Under the pieces are notes generated by a model. It saw only the letters and a program-made list of their open reading frames with translations, had not been told where the DNA came from and searched no databases. A DNA stretch of 64,000 nucleotides from Candidatus Kaiserbacteria bacterium (lineage in GTDB: Bacteria > Patescibacteriota > Minisyncoccia > Phycocordibacterales > UBA2100), in the NCBI GenBank assembly GCA_016186765.1, contig JACPLD010000005.1, positions 13,785 to 77,784 on the forward strand, in the 5' to 3' direction. The number at the start of each line of letters is the position of its first letter. The stretch's first letter is position 1. This document shows, in pieces, positions 28,214 through 37,585 of the stretch. A program made the translations under genes and the position numbers.

Positions 28214-29266
28214 ATGTTTCATTTACTGCAGCGTTATACGACCGAGAGCGTCACCTCGGGACATCCCGATAAGGTGTGCGATCAAATATCCGATGCCGTA
28301 CTCGACGCCTGTCTCACGCAGGATCCAAAATCGCGCGTCGCGGTTGAGTGTCTTGGGAGTCATGGCACGCTCCTTGTGGGGGGTGAAGTGACAACGAGCG
28401 CGAAAGTAGACTACGAGGCGATCGCGCGGCAGGTGTATCAAGACATCGGCTACGAAAACGATCTCGACATCTTGGTACGCGTGGCTGAGCAATCGCCCGA
28501 TATCGCTCTCGGCGTCGATAAGGATGGCGCGGGAGACCAAGGTATCATGTACGGCTATGCAACGGCAGAGACGCTGCAATACCTTCCTCGAGGTGTCGTT
28601 GCCGCGCACGCGCTCGCGCGGCATCTCGAAAAACTGCGTCGCGACGGCACGCTCCCGTGGTTGAAGCCCGATGGAAAAACACAGGTAACGATCCAAAACG
28701 GAGCCATACTCACAGCACTCACATCGACACAGCACGCTGAAGACGTTCCGCAGGAGGAAATCCGCGAAGCGCTTATCGAATATCTCTTCCGCCCGGTGCT
28801 CGGCTCGATCGAAGGAGTAGAAATACTCGTCAATCCCACGGGCAAATTCGTCCTTGGTGGATTCACGGCCGATGCCGGACTCACCGGGCGCAAAATTCAA
28901 GTGGACACCTACGGTGGCATCGCCCCTCACGGCGGAGGCTGCTTTTCTGGAAAAGACCCGACAAAAGTGGACCGCTCGGCCGCATACATGTGTCGATTTG
29001 CAGCAAAAAATCTCGTTGCAAACGGCTACGGGAAGAAAGTGCTCGTCTCTGTCGCCTACGCGATCGGCCGAGCAGAGCCGGTGATGATAGAGGCATTCAA
29101 CGACGAAGACAAAAATCTCACATCGCTCGTCGTGAAGCACTTCGACTTCCGTCCGCGCGCTATCATCGAGCGGTTGAATCTTCGCCGGCCGATCTACCGC
29201 GAAACCGCCGCCTACGGCCACTTCGGTGTTCCCGGAAGACCTTGGGAAGAGAGCATAAAGATTTAG
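28214..29266 (+). CDS. metK: S-adenosylmethionine synthetase
   Basis: The 350-aa product has ESVTSGHPDKVCDQISDAVLDA, GAGDQG, and DTYGG...GGGCFSGKDPTKVDRSAAY. Confidence 0.92.
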   Translation: MFHLLQRYTTESVTSGHPDKVCDQISDAVLDACLTQDPKSRVAVECLGSHGTLLVGGEVTTSAKVDYEAIARQVYQDIGYENDLDILVRVAEQSPDIALGVDKDGAGDQGIMYGYATAETLQYLPRGVVAAHALARHLEKLRRDGTLPWLKPDGKTQVTIQNGAILTALTSTQHAEDVPQEEIREALIEYLFRPVLGSIEGVEILVNPTGKFVLGGFTADAGLTGRKIQVDTYGGIAPHGGGCFSGKDPTKVDRSAAYMCRFAAKNLVANGYGKKVLVSVAYAIGRAEPVMIEAFNDEDKNLTSLVVKHFDFRPRAIIERLNLRRPIYRETAAYGHFGVPGRPWEESIKI

Positions 29267-29269
29267 GCC

Positions 29270-29313
29270 GCCCGCCTTCGCGTGGCCGAAGCCTCGCTTC
29301 GGCGAGGCGAAGG
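29270..29313. terminator. GC-rich nested hairpin between convergent metK and glmS (possible bidirectional terminator)
   Basis: The sequence ccttcgcg-tggccgaag-cctcg-cttcggcga-ggcgaagg forms a nested hairpin. Its U-tracts are weak. Confidence 0.35.
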
Positions 29314-29360
29314 CCCGTGGGAAGAAATCATCAAAATCTAGTAGCCGGCGGGGCACGCCG

Positions 29361-31199
29361 TTATTCCACTGTCACCGACTTAGCAAGATTTCTGGGACGG
29401 TCGACGTTGTAGCCTTTATTACGGGCAAAATAGTAGGCGAAAAGCTGGAGCGGGATGACAGAGAGAATGGGCATGAGCATTTCAAGAGTCTCGGGAACGT
29501 AGAGCACGTCATCGGCGACTTTTCCAATTTCCTTATTCCCCTCTGTAGCAATTGCAACAACAGGTCCTTTCCGCGCCTTTATCTGCTGAATGGCGGAAAA
29601 AACTTTTTCGTAGACGGAATCTGAAGGCGCAAGCGCCATCGTGGGGAACTTCTCATCTATCATCGCCAAGGGGCCATGCTTCATCTCCCCCGCCCCGCAG
29701 CCTTCTGCGTGAATGTAGGAGATCTCTTTCAGCTTCAGCGCTCCTTCAAAGGCGACTGGATAATTGTATTTGCGTCCGATAAAGAGAAAGTCTCTTGCTT
29801 CCGAATATTTGCGAGCCAGTTTTTCAATCGCTCCTTTCCCTTTGAATATCTTCTGCGCTTTCGCGGGGAGCGCTTTCAGCTCTCTTGCGATCTTCTTCCC
29901 CTCAGAGGGCTGCATGCCGCGTTGTCTCCCCAAAAAGACAGTGAGAAGTGTTAGTGCGACAAGCTGTGAGACGAACGCTTTCGTGGAAGCAACACCGATC
30001 TCGGGGCCGGCGTGGTTGTAGACGCCTGCGTCAGTCTCGCGTGCGATCGTCGAGCCCACCGTGTTCACGATGCCGAGCGTGAGTGCCCCACGGCGTTTCC
30101 CTTCTCGAACGGCCTCGAGCGTGTCGAGTGTTTCTCCCGATTGCGAGATTGCGAGCACAACCGTCTTTTCGTTGATAACCGGTTTTCGGTAGCGGAATTC
30201 GCTGCCGAGCTCAACCTCGACCGGAATGCCGGCATGTTCCTCGAGCATGTACTCGCCTACCAATCCTGCGTAGTAGGCAGTGCCGCAGGCAACAATGATG
30301 ATGCGATCTATTTTTGCGAGCTGTTTTGCAACTCCCTCCAAACCACCGAGTTTCGCGAGTCCCTTTTCGGGAATAAGCCGACCACGCAGCGTGTTCTCGA
30401 TGACCTCTGCTCCCTCCATGATCTCTTTGAGCATGAAGTGCTCATAGCCCCCCTTTTGCGCTTGCTGCGCAGTCCATTCGATCTCCTCCGGTTTGCGTGA
30501 GACACGGCTCCCCTCGAGCTTGTAGACGGTGTGCGTATCGGGCGTAATGACAGCGACTTCCCCGTCTTCGAGAAAAATCACCTTCTTTGTGTGCGGAAGG
30601 ATGGGCGATGCGTCAGAAGCGATGAATCGCTCATGCTTGCCGACGCCGAGCACGATGGGAGAGCCCATGCGCGCGGCGATCAGCTTCTCCGGCTCTCCTT
30701 TGTACTGGATCGCCATGCCGTACGTGCCACGTATTTCTTTGAGAGCTGCGACAGCAGCTTTTTCAAATCCGCCTTTGGCGGATTTCGCTTTCTTGAGCTT
30801 CTCCTCAACGAGGTGCGCGAATACCTCGGTGTCGGACTCGGAAACGAACGTATGTCCTGCTTTCGTAAGTTTGTCTTTCAGCTCCTTGAAATTCTCGATA
30901 ATGCCGTTGTGTACGATCCAGATCTCACCCTGACAATCCGAGTGCGGATGCGCGTTCACTTTCGTCGGCTCACCGTGGGTCGCCCAGCGCAGGTGTGCAA
31001 TGCCACTTTTGCCATTAAATTTTTTCGGGACTTTCTTTTTGAGCTCGGCAACTGCACCCGGTGTTTTTATGCTCCCGCTCTCGGGCGTAAAAATTCCCGC
31101 GGAGTCATAGCCGCGGTACTCGAGCGACACGAGCCCCTGCAAAAGGACTTTCCCCGCGTCTTTACCGCTCTTTCCCGTGTATGCAAATATCCCGCACAT
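29361..31199 (-). CDS. glmS: glutamine--fructose-6-phosphate aminotransferase
   Basis: The product has MCGIFAY with the N-terminal catalytic Cys, two SIS domains, and a C-terminal ..VDRPRNLAKSVTVE. I set the start at the MCGIF methionine. Confidence 0.95.
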   Translation of the reverse strand: MCGIFAYTGKSGKDAGKVLLQGLVSLEYRGYDSAGIFTPESGSIKTPGAVAELKKKVPKKFNGKSGIAHLRWATHGEPTKVNAHPHSDCQGEIWIVHNGIIENFKELKDKLTKAGHTFVSESDTEVFAHLVEEKLKKAKSAKGGFEKAAVAALKEIRGTYGMAIQYKGEPEKLIAARMGSPIVLGVGKHERFIASDASPILPHTKKVIFLEDGEVAVITPDTHTVYKLEGSRVSRKPEEIEWTAQQAQKGGYEHFMLKEIMEGAEVIENTLRGRLIPEKGLAKLGGLEGVAKQLAKIDRIIIVACGTAYYAGLVGEYMLEEHAGIPVEVELGSEFRYRKPVINEKTVVLAISQSGETLDTLEAVREGKRRGALTLGIVNTVGSTIARETDAGVYNHAGPEIGVASTKAFVSQLVALTLLTVFLGRQRGMQPSEGKKIARELKALPAKAQKIFKGKGAIEKLARKYSEARDFLFIGRKYNYPVAFEGALKLKEISYIHAEGCGAGEMKHGPLAMIDEKFPTMALAPSDSVYEKVFSAIQQIKARKGPVVAIATEGNKEIGKVADDVLYVPETLEMLMPILSVIPLQLFAYYFARNKGYNVDRPRNLAKSVTVE

Positions 31200-31204
31200 A
31201 CCTG

Positions 31205-31483
31205 TCACACGAAATGACCTGATCGCAGGCCATTCGGTATTCGTCGCTTGAGCGCAGTACGCGCTCCGGCAGAATGCTTAAGATTATGTTCCCTCTGCTT
31301 CGCATCGGCCTGCGATACATACGCTTCGTAGTACAGCAGATCAAATGGTGCCCGAGGCTTCGTCGATTTACTCGGACGACCGATTTTGCCGTTATGTTCT
31401 AAAAAGCGCCTGCGAAGATCGTTCGTGTACCCTGTGTACAAGCGACTATCTCGACGACTTTTTATGACGTAGACGTAGAACAT
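31205..31483 (-). CDS. GIY-YIG nuclease superfamily protein
   Basis: The 92-aa product has FYVYVIKSRRDSRLYTGYTNDLRRRFLEHN. Confidence 0.8.
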   Translation of the reverse strand: MFYVYVIKSRRDSRLYTGYTNDLRRRFLEHNGKIGRPSKSTKPRAPFDLLYYEAYVSQADAKQREHNLKHSAGARTALKRRIPNGLRSGHFV

Positions 31484-31570
31484 AACGAGGTCATTTCGTG
31501 TGTACAGGCATAGCCATTAGACGGACAATGTAGCACGATTGTTGGAAAATCTGGAGCTCGATTTGGAGGA

Positions 31571-32677
31571 TCAGGCGTCTGGGTATGTTTCTTTGATCTC
31601 TCTTGCTAAGTAGGGGTTCCACATGGCGCCAGTTGCGCTCATGACGAGGTCTGCTCCCGCCTCGCGATACTCTTTGAAATCCTTCGGCGTCATGACACCG
31701 CCGACGCCGATGATCGCGTAGCGCATGCTAAGCTCATCGCGCAGACGCTTGAGTCGGCGCACCATGTCGAGACCTGCCCACTTTATCGCGCGCCCACAGA
31801 TTCCGCTCCTTACCCTATGTGCACCGGGAAGTGCCTGTGTCCCGTCGGGATTGACGACAGGAGCGGGGATTGTGTTGATTGCCGAGTAGCCGTCGACAAT
31901 GCTGCCGGTTTCCTTTACAAGCTCCCGCAATTCATTTTCCCCGAAATATGCCAGCTTCGCGACAAGCGGCGTGTCGCCGATTTTATTCTTGATCGCGTCT
32001 GAAACAATTTTCACTTTCGGTACATCGAAACACAGGAGCTGGGCGGCACCTTCGTTCGGGCATGAGAAATTCACCTCAACCACACGAACGCCGGCATCTT
32101 TCATCATCTGCATGCCGTTTGCCCAGTCATCGATGTAGTCTTGATGCGAAAACCCATCCCACTTCGTTCCTTCAAAACTACACATGACGAGTTGGCCCGG
32201 CTTCGCGTATGCCACAGCATCGGCGAGATCTCTCATCCAGACTTCTGGATCGTATGAGGGATTGCCGAAAGAGTTGGTAATCGAAAGTGGCTCTTTGTAT
32301 TCGTCTCGCACAACGATAGACTTTTGCGCGCGCTCGATCGTGAGATCGCCTTCAATCTCAGCGCCTAGAACATTCGGCCATTCGTTGCACTTCCGAATGC
32401 GACTGCGAACTGTCTTGTGAACAGGAACATCAAATCCTTTGTCGAGCGCTGCCATAACAAATTTTCCATTCAGGAGTGGCCCTGCTGGGATCCCGATTGG
32501 ATATGAGATTTTCTGTCCCAAAAAATCAAACCGCGGCACGGCCATCGGGAGCTTCACGCCATCTTGAAAATCCCCGAAAGGTCCCTTCTCCCAATTCTCA
32601 TAGTACGTTTTTGCTGGATCGTAGAACGGCGTACGGAGCATCGCGTTGAGTATAGACCTGCCCTCAAAGCGGCTCAA
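31571..32677 (-). CDS. dihydroorotate dehydrogenase-like TIM-barrel flavoprotein (DHOD/DHPD family)
   Basis: The 368-aa product has PIGIPAGPL, FSCPN and IIGVGGV motifs. I cannot assign the exact substrate. Confidence 0.55.
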   Translation of the reverse strand: MSRFEGRSILNAMLRTPFYDPAKTYYENWEKGPFGDFQDGVKLPMAVPRFDFLGQKISYPIGIPAGPLLNGKFVMAALDKGFDVPVHKTVRSRIRKCNEWPNVLGAEIEGDLTIERAQKSIVVRDEYKEPLSITNSFGNPSYDPEVWMRDLADAVAYAKPGQLVMCSFEGTKWDGFSHQDYIDDWANGMQMMKDAGVRVVEVNFSCPNEGAAQLLCFDVPKVKIVSDAIKNKIGDTPLVAKLAYFGENELRELVKETGSIVDGYSAINTIPAPVVNPDGTQALPGAHRVRSGICGRAIKWAGLDMVRRLKRLRDELSMRYAIIGVGGVMTPKDFKEYREAGADLVMSATGAMWNPYLAREIKETYPDA

Positions 32678-33294
32678 GCGGCCTCGGTGAGCGGAGTCGC
32701 TTCCACGCGGTTCCTCCCGGCCTTCTTCGCATGGTAGAGGGCGGCATCCGCCTGCTCATACAGCCAATTGAAATTCAGGGACGTAGCGGTCTCGGCAATG
32801 CCGATGCTCGCCGTTACTGGTTCGCCATCCGGCCGTTGCACGGAAGTCTCGATGTCGGCGCGAATGGCTTCCGCCCGCCCGGAAACGGCACCATTGGGAT
32901 TCACCATGCCAATAGCAAACTCCTCGCCTCCCAACCGCCCCACGATGTCCGACGAACGCTCGATGTGCTTTTTCAGAACGGCGGCAACCGACCGCAGCAC
33001 CTCGTCGCCCGCAGGGTGCCCGAATGTGTCATTGATGGATTTGAACCTGTCGATGTCGACGATAAGCAGCGAAACACTCTCCAAACCCGTATCTCCCCTG
33101 CGTTCTCGCTTGAAGCCCTCGAGGATGGCATTCACTTTCTGCTCGAACGCCCGGCGATTCAAAAGACCAGTGAGTGCATCGGTGGACGATTTCTCCTGGA
33201 GATCGCGTACTCGTCCTTTGAGTTCTTCCGCACGCCACTCGAATATTTTCGCTTTTCTTTTCTCTTTCGAGAAATCCGGAGCGCCTCTTTCCAT
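32674..33294 (-). CDS. minimal GGDEF-domain protein (diguanylate cyclase-like) with a short N-terminal coiled coil
   Basis: The product has TGLLNRRAFEQ...LLIVDIDRFKSINDTFGHPAGDEVL...RLGGEEFAI. I set the start at the internal Met (MERGAPDF), because the 313-aa ORF-track version overlaps the sortase gene by about 200 nt. Confidence 0.7.
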   Translation of the reverse strand: MERGAPDFSKEKRKAKIFEWRAEELKGRVRDLQEKSSTDALTGLLNRRAFEQKVNAILEGFKRERRGDTGLESVSLLIVDIDRFKSINDTFGHPAGDEVLRSVAAVLKKHIERSSDIVGRLGGEEFAIGMVNPNGAVSGRAEAIRADIETSVQRPDGEPVTASIGIAETATSLNFNWLYEQADAALYHAKKAGRNRVEATPLTEAA

Positions 33295-33409
33295 GAGGCT
33301 AGTATAGCGCGGGTCGCGGCGCCGCAAATATCGGCGTTCGAGGACTGTTTGACCCGCCGGCTGGCGGGGAGTTCCGCAGAATGCAGATATTTGCGGCGCG
33401 AAGCAACCT

Positions 33410-34036
33410 TCAACCGGAAACAAGTTCGGCGTACACGACGAGCCGCTCGTCGTAGCTTCGCTCGCTCTGAAGCCACTTTCCGCTGCAGGTGATGAGGTTG
33501 AGGCGCGGCAAGTCGCTTCGAGAAAAGAGCACCTTGAGGGGAACAAGCGTGTACGGATACCTCTGTATCTCGACGACCCTGAAATGCAGCTCTTCCCCGT
33601 CCTGCGCTTCGACAAAGATATCGTCGCCGATCCTCATCTTGTCGAGCTCTTTGAAAACTCCCGGAAGTCCGAGAGCGTTATCGACATGCCCTGTAACGAC
33701 CGCGCTCCCCGTAAAGCCGGGGGTCGTTCCGTACTTGTACCATCCCACATCGACAAAATTGCTTGGTGCCGCCATGTTCCCCTTTGCATTTACTCCTACG
33801 TGCTGAATAAATGCATCGATTTCGAGCGACGGCACGCGAAGGCGAGCAGGTTGATCTTCGGGCAACGCTCTCTTTTCTTCCGGCACCTGCTCGATCTCGG
33901 GCACCGGGACTTCGGTATCCGGCGAGTACCAAAGTGCTCCCATGAGCGTGTCGGCAAATACGGCAAGCGCAGCGAGCGTTACGATACCCGCGCTAATCTG
34001 CAGCGCATACCTCCGAATACCTATGCTCATGGACAA
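33410..34036 (-). CDS. sortase family transpeptidase
   Basis: The 208-aa product has an N-terminal TM helix, the TGHVD motif, the catalytic LITCSG, and a downstream conserved R. Confidence 0.8.
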   Translation of the reverse strand: MSMSIGIRRYALQISAGIVTLAALAVFADTLMGALWYSPDTEVPVPEIEQVPEEKRALPEDQPARLRVPSLEIDAFIQHVGVNAKGNMAAPSNFVDVGWYKYGTTPGFTGSAVVTGHVDNALGLPGVFKELDKMRIGDDIFVEAQDGEELHFRVVEIQRYPYTLVPLKVLFSRSDLPRLNLITCSGKWLQSERSYDERLVVYAELVSG

Positions 34037-34099
34037 AGGGCATCACCCTTCGCCCGGGATTCTACTGCGATATGTGAGAGCTGTACACGTAGGGCTCGG

Positions 34100-34375
34100 T
34101 CAGTCGGGTATCGTGCACGTGCCATCGCGGAAAAGCGCCCACTCTTCGCACACGCGTCCGTCGGGCATGTGGCACAAACCGATCTGACCTTCTGCCTCAT
34201 CAACGATCTCAAGAGTTCCCCCGAGGTTGACACAATTCGTCGACGCGGGATTTGCGATTCCCATCATCTCCTCCTCTGTATCACTTCCCGCTTGCGGATA
34301 CATCTGCGTGTAGTACACGAGGCCGCTAATAACGATGATCACAATCGCGATCCACATCCATGCCTGTTTGGACAT
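34100..34375 (-). CDS. DUF333 (putative hemolysin-like) small secreted protein
   Basis: The 91-aa product from the internal Met (MSKQAWMWIAIVIIV...) has NPASTNCVNLGGTLE...GLCHMPDGRVCEEWALFRDGTC. Confidence 0.6.
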   Translation of the reverse strand: MSKQAWMWIAIVIIVISGLVYYTQMYPQAGSDTEEEMMGIANPASTNCVNLGGTLEIVDEAEGQIGLCHMPDGRVCEEWALFRDGTCTIPD

Positions 34376-34380
34376 ACTCG

Positions 34381-34551
34381 CTACTTCATCCGCACGCCCT
34401 TGAATGCCTTCCCCTTCTTCGCCATTTGGTCCATGAAGCGACCGTCTTTGTTGTTCACCTTCGTCCAGCGCTTGTTGCGGCCGGAAAGAACCTGCGATCG
34501 ATATCGCACTTCGCCCTTGCGGCCGTGCCCTTTTCGCGCATTGTGTGCCAT
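34381..34551 (-). CDS. small basic protein (56 aa), possibly ribosome-associated
   Basis: The product MAHNARKGHGRKGEVRYRSQVLSGRNKRWTKVNNKDGRFMDQMAKKGKAFKGVRMK is very Lys/Arg-rich. I could not match it to a specific ribosomal protein family. It is not in the ORF track. Confidence 0.3.
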   Translation of the reverse strand: MAHNARKGHGRKGEVRYRSQVLSGRNKRWTKVNNKDGRFMDQMAKKGKAFKGVRMK

Positions 34552-34589
34552 ATGTGTATTTTACCGCGTCCGAAAAAACAGCAAGTACG

Positions 34590-35144
34590 TTATCCACCGG
34601 CTTGCCACGTCGATATGAATTCGGGCTGGACGAAAAACCCAAGTATATTGAGGAAAAGGTTGTCGCGGATGGAAAATCCGACGAAGAGCTCGAGTCCTAT
34701 CCCGAGTGCGATGATCGCAAGAACAGGCAGACGCCATGCGAGCACGAATCCGAGCGTTTCTCCGAGCGTGTCGACAAGCGAATTGATGATGCTATCGCCC
34801 ACGTAGCCTTGCGCGAGTGCCTGCTGCCGGTAGTGCTCAATGAGCCACGGCGTATTCTCGACTATTTCCCATCCCACCTCGATGCCGAGCGCAATAAGAA
34901 ATCTCGTTGCGACAGGCATGCGCGGAAAAAAATACCAAAGCGCGAGGTAGAAAAGGAAGCCATGAATGATGTGCGAGAAGGTGTACCAATCCGTAAGGTG
35001 TTGCGAATTGCCGCTGCCGAGCACGGCGCCTTCCCACAGCTTCACGTATCCGCATTCGCAAATGGCAGGCTGTCCAAAAAGAAAAAGTGCGAGCGCCTGT
35101 GTCGCCAAGAGAAGTGCCGAGAGTATTACGACATTCTGAAGCAT
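34590..35144 (-). CDS. hypothetical polytopic membrane protein
   Basis: The 184-aa product has five or six TM helices. Confidence 0.5.
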   Translation of the reverse strand: MLQNVVILSALLLATQALALFLFGQPAICECGYVKLWEGAVLGSGNSQHLTDWYTFSHIIHGFLFYLALWYFFPRMPVATRFLIALGIEVGWEIVENTPWLIEHYRQQALAQGYVGDSIINSLVDTLGETLGFVLAWRLPVLAIIALGIGLELFVGFSIRDNLFLNILGFFVQPEFISTWQAGG

Positions 35145-35312
35145 TAGCCAAGGAAGGAGCCAACAGTGACACCGACCGCTATTGCCACACCTGAAAGCAG
35201 CCCGACGGTCGAAACCAGACTATCCTCGACACCAAAAATGAAATTCCGAAAATACGTCGCCTGCATCAGGAAATCATAGCATCGTCTCCAATACAGATTG
35301 CACCGAGGAACC

Positions 35313-35729
35313 TTATTGTGTCAGGTCGCCGCAGGCGACGTAGATGTCCGCTTCTTCGGAAGATTTGTGGACATTGAGCGCAAGCGGAAGTTGCGCGAGG
35401 AGCGCATCGAGCGAAACATCAAGTGTCGTTTCGGAAACGCCATCGACAGGGAAGGTCAGCGGATACACCACGCCGCCGATATTCGCGCAGGAGCCCGAGT
35501 GAATGTGCGCCGGTTGCACTATGCCTGACGGTGCGTCGGTAAGGTCAAGCTCCACGAGAGTGCTTCCATCCATAGCAGTAAGCGTGGCCGTCCCGGACAT
35601 CCCCGAATCATTCTGGGCGCTCAAGGCAACGACGATAGGCTGTGAAGAACCTCCGGATTGGCTCATGTACAAATAAATTCCCCCGACAACGACGACTGCA
35701 ACGATGACCCAAATACCTATATTTTTCAT
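35313..35729 (-). CDS. secreted CHRD-like domain protein
   Basis: The 138-aa product has a signal peptide and a CHRD-like AHIHSGSCANIGGVVYPL motif. Confidence 0.5.
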   Translation of the reverse strand: MKNIGIWVIVAVVVVGGIYLYMSQSGGSSQPIVVALSAQNDSGMSGTATLTAMDGSTLVELDLTDAPSGIVQPAHIHSGSCANIGGVVYPLTFPVDGVSETTLDVSLDALLAQLPLALNVHKSSEEADIYVACGDLTQ

Positions 35730-35838
35730 ACCATGCGTTTATAAGTAGTAATAAATATACGCCTTCATTCGACGTTTTTACTATAGCACTGCGGCCTCAG
35801 GTCAACCAAACAGCATTAAATAACTTCCGCAACGGTTT

Positions 35839-36018
35839 TCATATTCCTATCCCCACTACTACCCTGCCGATTAGTTTCGCCATTTTCCGTCTCTCACTCC
35901 GAACATCCATACACCATGCATGACCCTTCAACTCAATTAAAGCTTCGAGGTACTTTTCAAGCGCTTTCCGGAAAGTGTTGCTATCAGGTATACGAGTTTC
36001 TTTGTCGATCGCCCTCAT
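35839..36018 (-). CDS. possible 59-aa ORF at the edge of the island
   Basis: The product is MRAIDKETRIPDSNTFRKALEKYLEALIELKGHAWCMDVRSERRKMAKLIGRVVVGIGI. It is AT-rich and sits just below the ORF-track size cut-off. It may be a remnant or a small regulator. Confidence 0.2.
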   Translation of the reverse strand: MRAIDKETRIPDSNTFRKALEKYLEALIELKGHAWCMDVRSERRKMAKLIGRVVVGIGI

Positions 36019-36055
36019 TCCCCGATCCTTGATCGAATCGAAGAATTGTCAAGCC

Positions 36056-37165
36056 CTATAGCTTGGAGAACCCGAGATCTTGGCCAACGGGCTTGACCTT
36101 TCCATCACTAACTACAGCGACGCCTAGCTCAAGTGAGTTGATAAAATTGACATACCCTTTATCGCCAGGCTCACGAGATGGAACTAAAATTCTATACTCA
36201 TCTTTAAATTCGATGTTCTTCTCGTCCTTAAATTTTCTGATGTCGAAGTAGTTATACTCAAAAAGCTGAACTATTCCCTTGCGTGCTTGAGATCTAAAGT
36301 TCTTACTCTCTGTACTTTTTACCTCGAAAAGGAACGAGCGTTTTCCGTTATGCGCAAATAAGTCAACAAACTCATTCGAGAGAGTGTTGTAACCTTTTGC
36401 TCTAAAGACATCGATAAGTTGCTGAACTATCGAATAATGTGTTGATTCGGCCCGAGCAAGAATGTCGTTATCGCGCTTAACGAGAGAATAGGGTTTTGTG
36501 ATGATTCGCTTGTTCACTTCCTCTAAAAACCTAAGAGAAGCAGCATGACGTAATGTTTCCGTTGCATTTTTCACTTCAAAGAAGTCTGACGGCTTCTCTT
36601 CGACCGTGCCACGTGTTGAGTGTCCTGAGTAAAGATAGAGGGGCCTCTTTTTGAACAAAATCTGTTCTGCGACTTCTCGTGAGACAGAGGAGAAGCTCCC
36701 CATCTGCGGAAATCCTCGAACCTCGGATATTGGTACGCGACCAGAAACAAGCTGATCAACAAGTCTCGACGTTTGTGTATCATTACTTGGAGTTGGTGAC
36801 TCCCATATGGCAGGATCGGGCAATTCGCTAAACAAATAAATTTCGGTTAGAGGTATCAGCAATGGCCATCGGTTCTCGTTGTTCTTTATTTCATAGTGCC
36901 ACAAATTGTTGTTTTTCTTGGAGAAATGGAAGCCGACTACGCCGATTCCTATAATTCCGGAAGTGGCATTTGGAAATGCCGATGCCTGCGGCCCCGTGCT
37001 GTGAATAAAGAAAATGTCTCCTGTTTGAATTTTCTTCCATCTTTCTCGATGACTTTCCTCGAGTCCCCAGGTCATGTATTTGACCGCGGTCAACCAGTGC
37101 TCGGGTGGGCCAGTAAATCTGAAAAATTGCTTCGTATCAAGCGCAGGAGTAAAGTCTGCATTCAT
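36056..37165 (-). CDS. EVE/PUA-like domain fused to a PD-(D/E)xK nuclease domain (predicted modification-dependent, Type IV restriction-like endonuclease)
   Basis: The N-terminal 130 aa (EHWLTAVKYMTWGLEES...GDIFFIHSTG...SGIIGIGVV...RWPLLIPLTEI) fit the EVE/PUA-like fold pattern. The C-terminus has D...ExK (VDLFAHNGKRSFLFEVKS...QLFEY). The start overlaps the MazG-like gene by 4 nt (ATGA). Confidence 0.5.
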   Translation of the reverse strand: MNADFTPALDTKQFFRFTGPPEHWLTAVKYMTWGLEESHRERWKKIQTGDIFFIHSTGPQASAFPNATSGIIGIGVVGFHFSKKNNNLWHYEIKNNENRWPLLIPLTEIYLFSELPDPAIWESPTPSNDTQTSRLVDQLVSGRVPISEVRGFPQMGSFSSVSREVAEQILFKKRPLYLYSGHSTRGTVEEKPSDFFEVKNATETLRHAASLRFLEEVNKRIITKPYSLVKRDNDILARAESTHYSIVQQLIDVFRAKGYNTLSNEFVDLFAHNGKRSFLFEVKSTESKNFRSQARKGIVQLFEYNYFDIRKFKDEKNIEFKDEYRILVPSREPGDKGYVNFINSLELGVAVVSDGKVKPVGQDLGFSKL

Positions 37166-37512
37166 AGTTTGCTGTACTTTGTGTATTTCCCTTTCGACTT
37201 CTTCACCGGATATCTCTTCGCGTTTTTCTCCATCTTCTTCTCAAAAGCTTTGCCTAGATCAATGCCGAGGTCGTGGCTCATGGTAAGCACCCAGTACAAA
37301 ACATCTGCTAGCTCCTCTCCAATCTCTTTTTTGTGCGCTTTGACATATTTCTCAATCTCCGCCTTTGTCGCTTTCCACTGAAAATGTTCGAGCACTTCCG
37401 CCGCCTCAAGAGTGAGGGAAAGAGCCATATCTTTCTGGTTGTGGAATTGTTTCCAGTTTCGCGCATCCCGAAACGCGATAACTTTCTTCTGAAATTCCTT
37501 AATATCAGCCAT
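37162..37512 (-). CDS. MazG-like all-alpha nucleoside triphosphate pyrophosphohydrolase
   Basis: The 116-aa product has RDARNW...LSLTLEAAEVLEHFQW...EELADVLYWVLTMSHDLGIDL, matching the MazG/HisE-type NTP-PPase domain. Confidence 0.65.
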   Translation of the reverse strand: MADIKEFQKKVIAFRDARNWKQFHNQKDMALSLTLEAAEVLEHFQWKATKAEIEKYVKAHKKEIGEELADVLYWVLTMSHDLGIDLGKAFEKKMEKNAKRYPVKKSKGKYTKYSKL

Positions 37513-37523
37513 CGCCTAGGACT

Positions 37524-37540
37524 ATCCCACAAATCTTCAT
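37524..37540 (-). promoter_or_regulatory. 17-nt motif ATGAAGATTTGTGGGAT lying 11 nt upstream of the MazG-like start codon
   Basis: An identical 17-mer, with a similar TTTG extension, lies at the same 11-nt spacing upstream of the next gene at 38272-38288. Confidence 0.35.
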
Positions 37541-37585
37541 GTTTGACTATTTCTTGCCAATCCAATTCAAGTTGGCCATGTAATG

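Noticed and set aside
28223-29356. 377-aa minus-strand ORF
   Set aside because: It is antisense to metK, whose identity is unambiguous.
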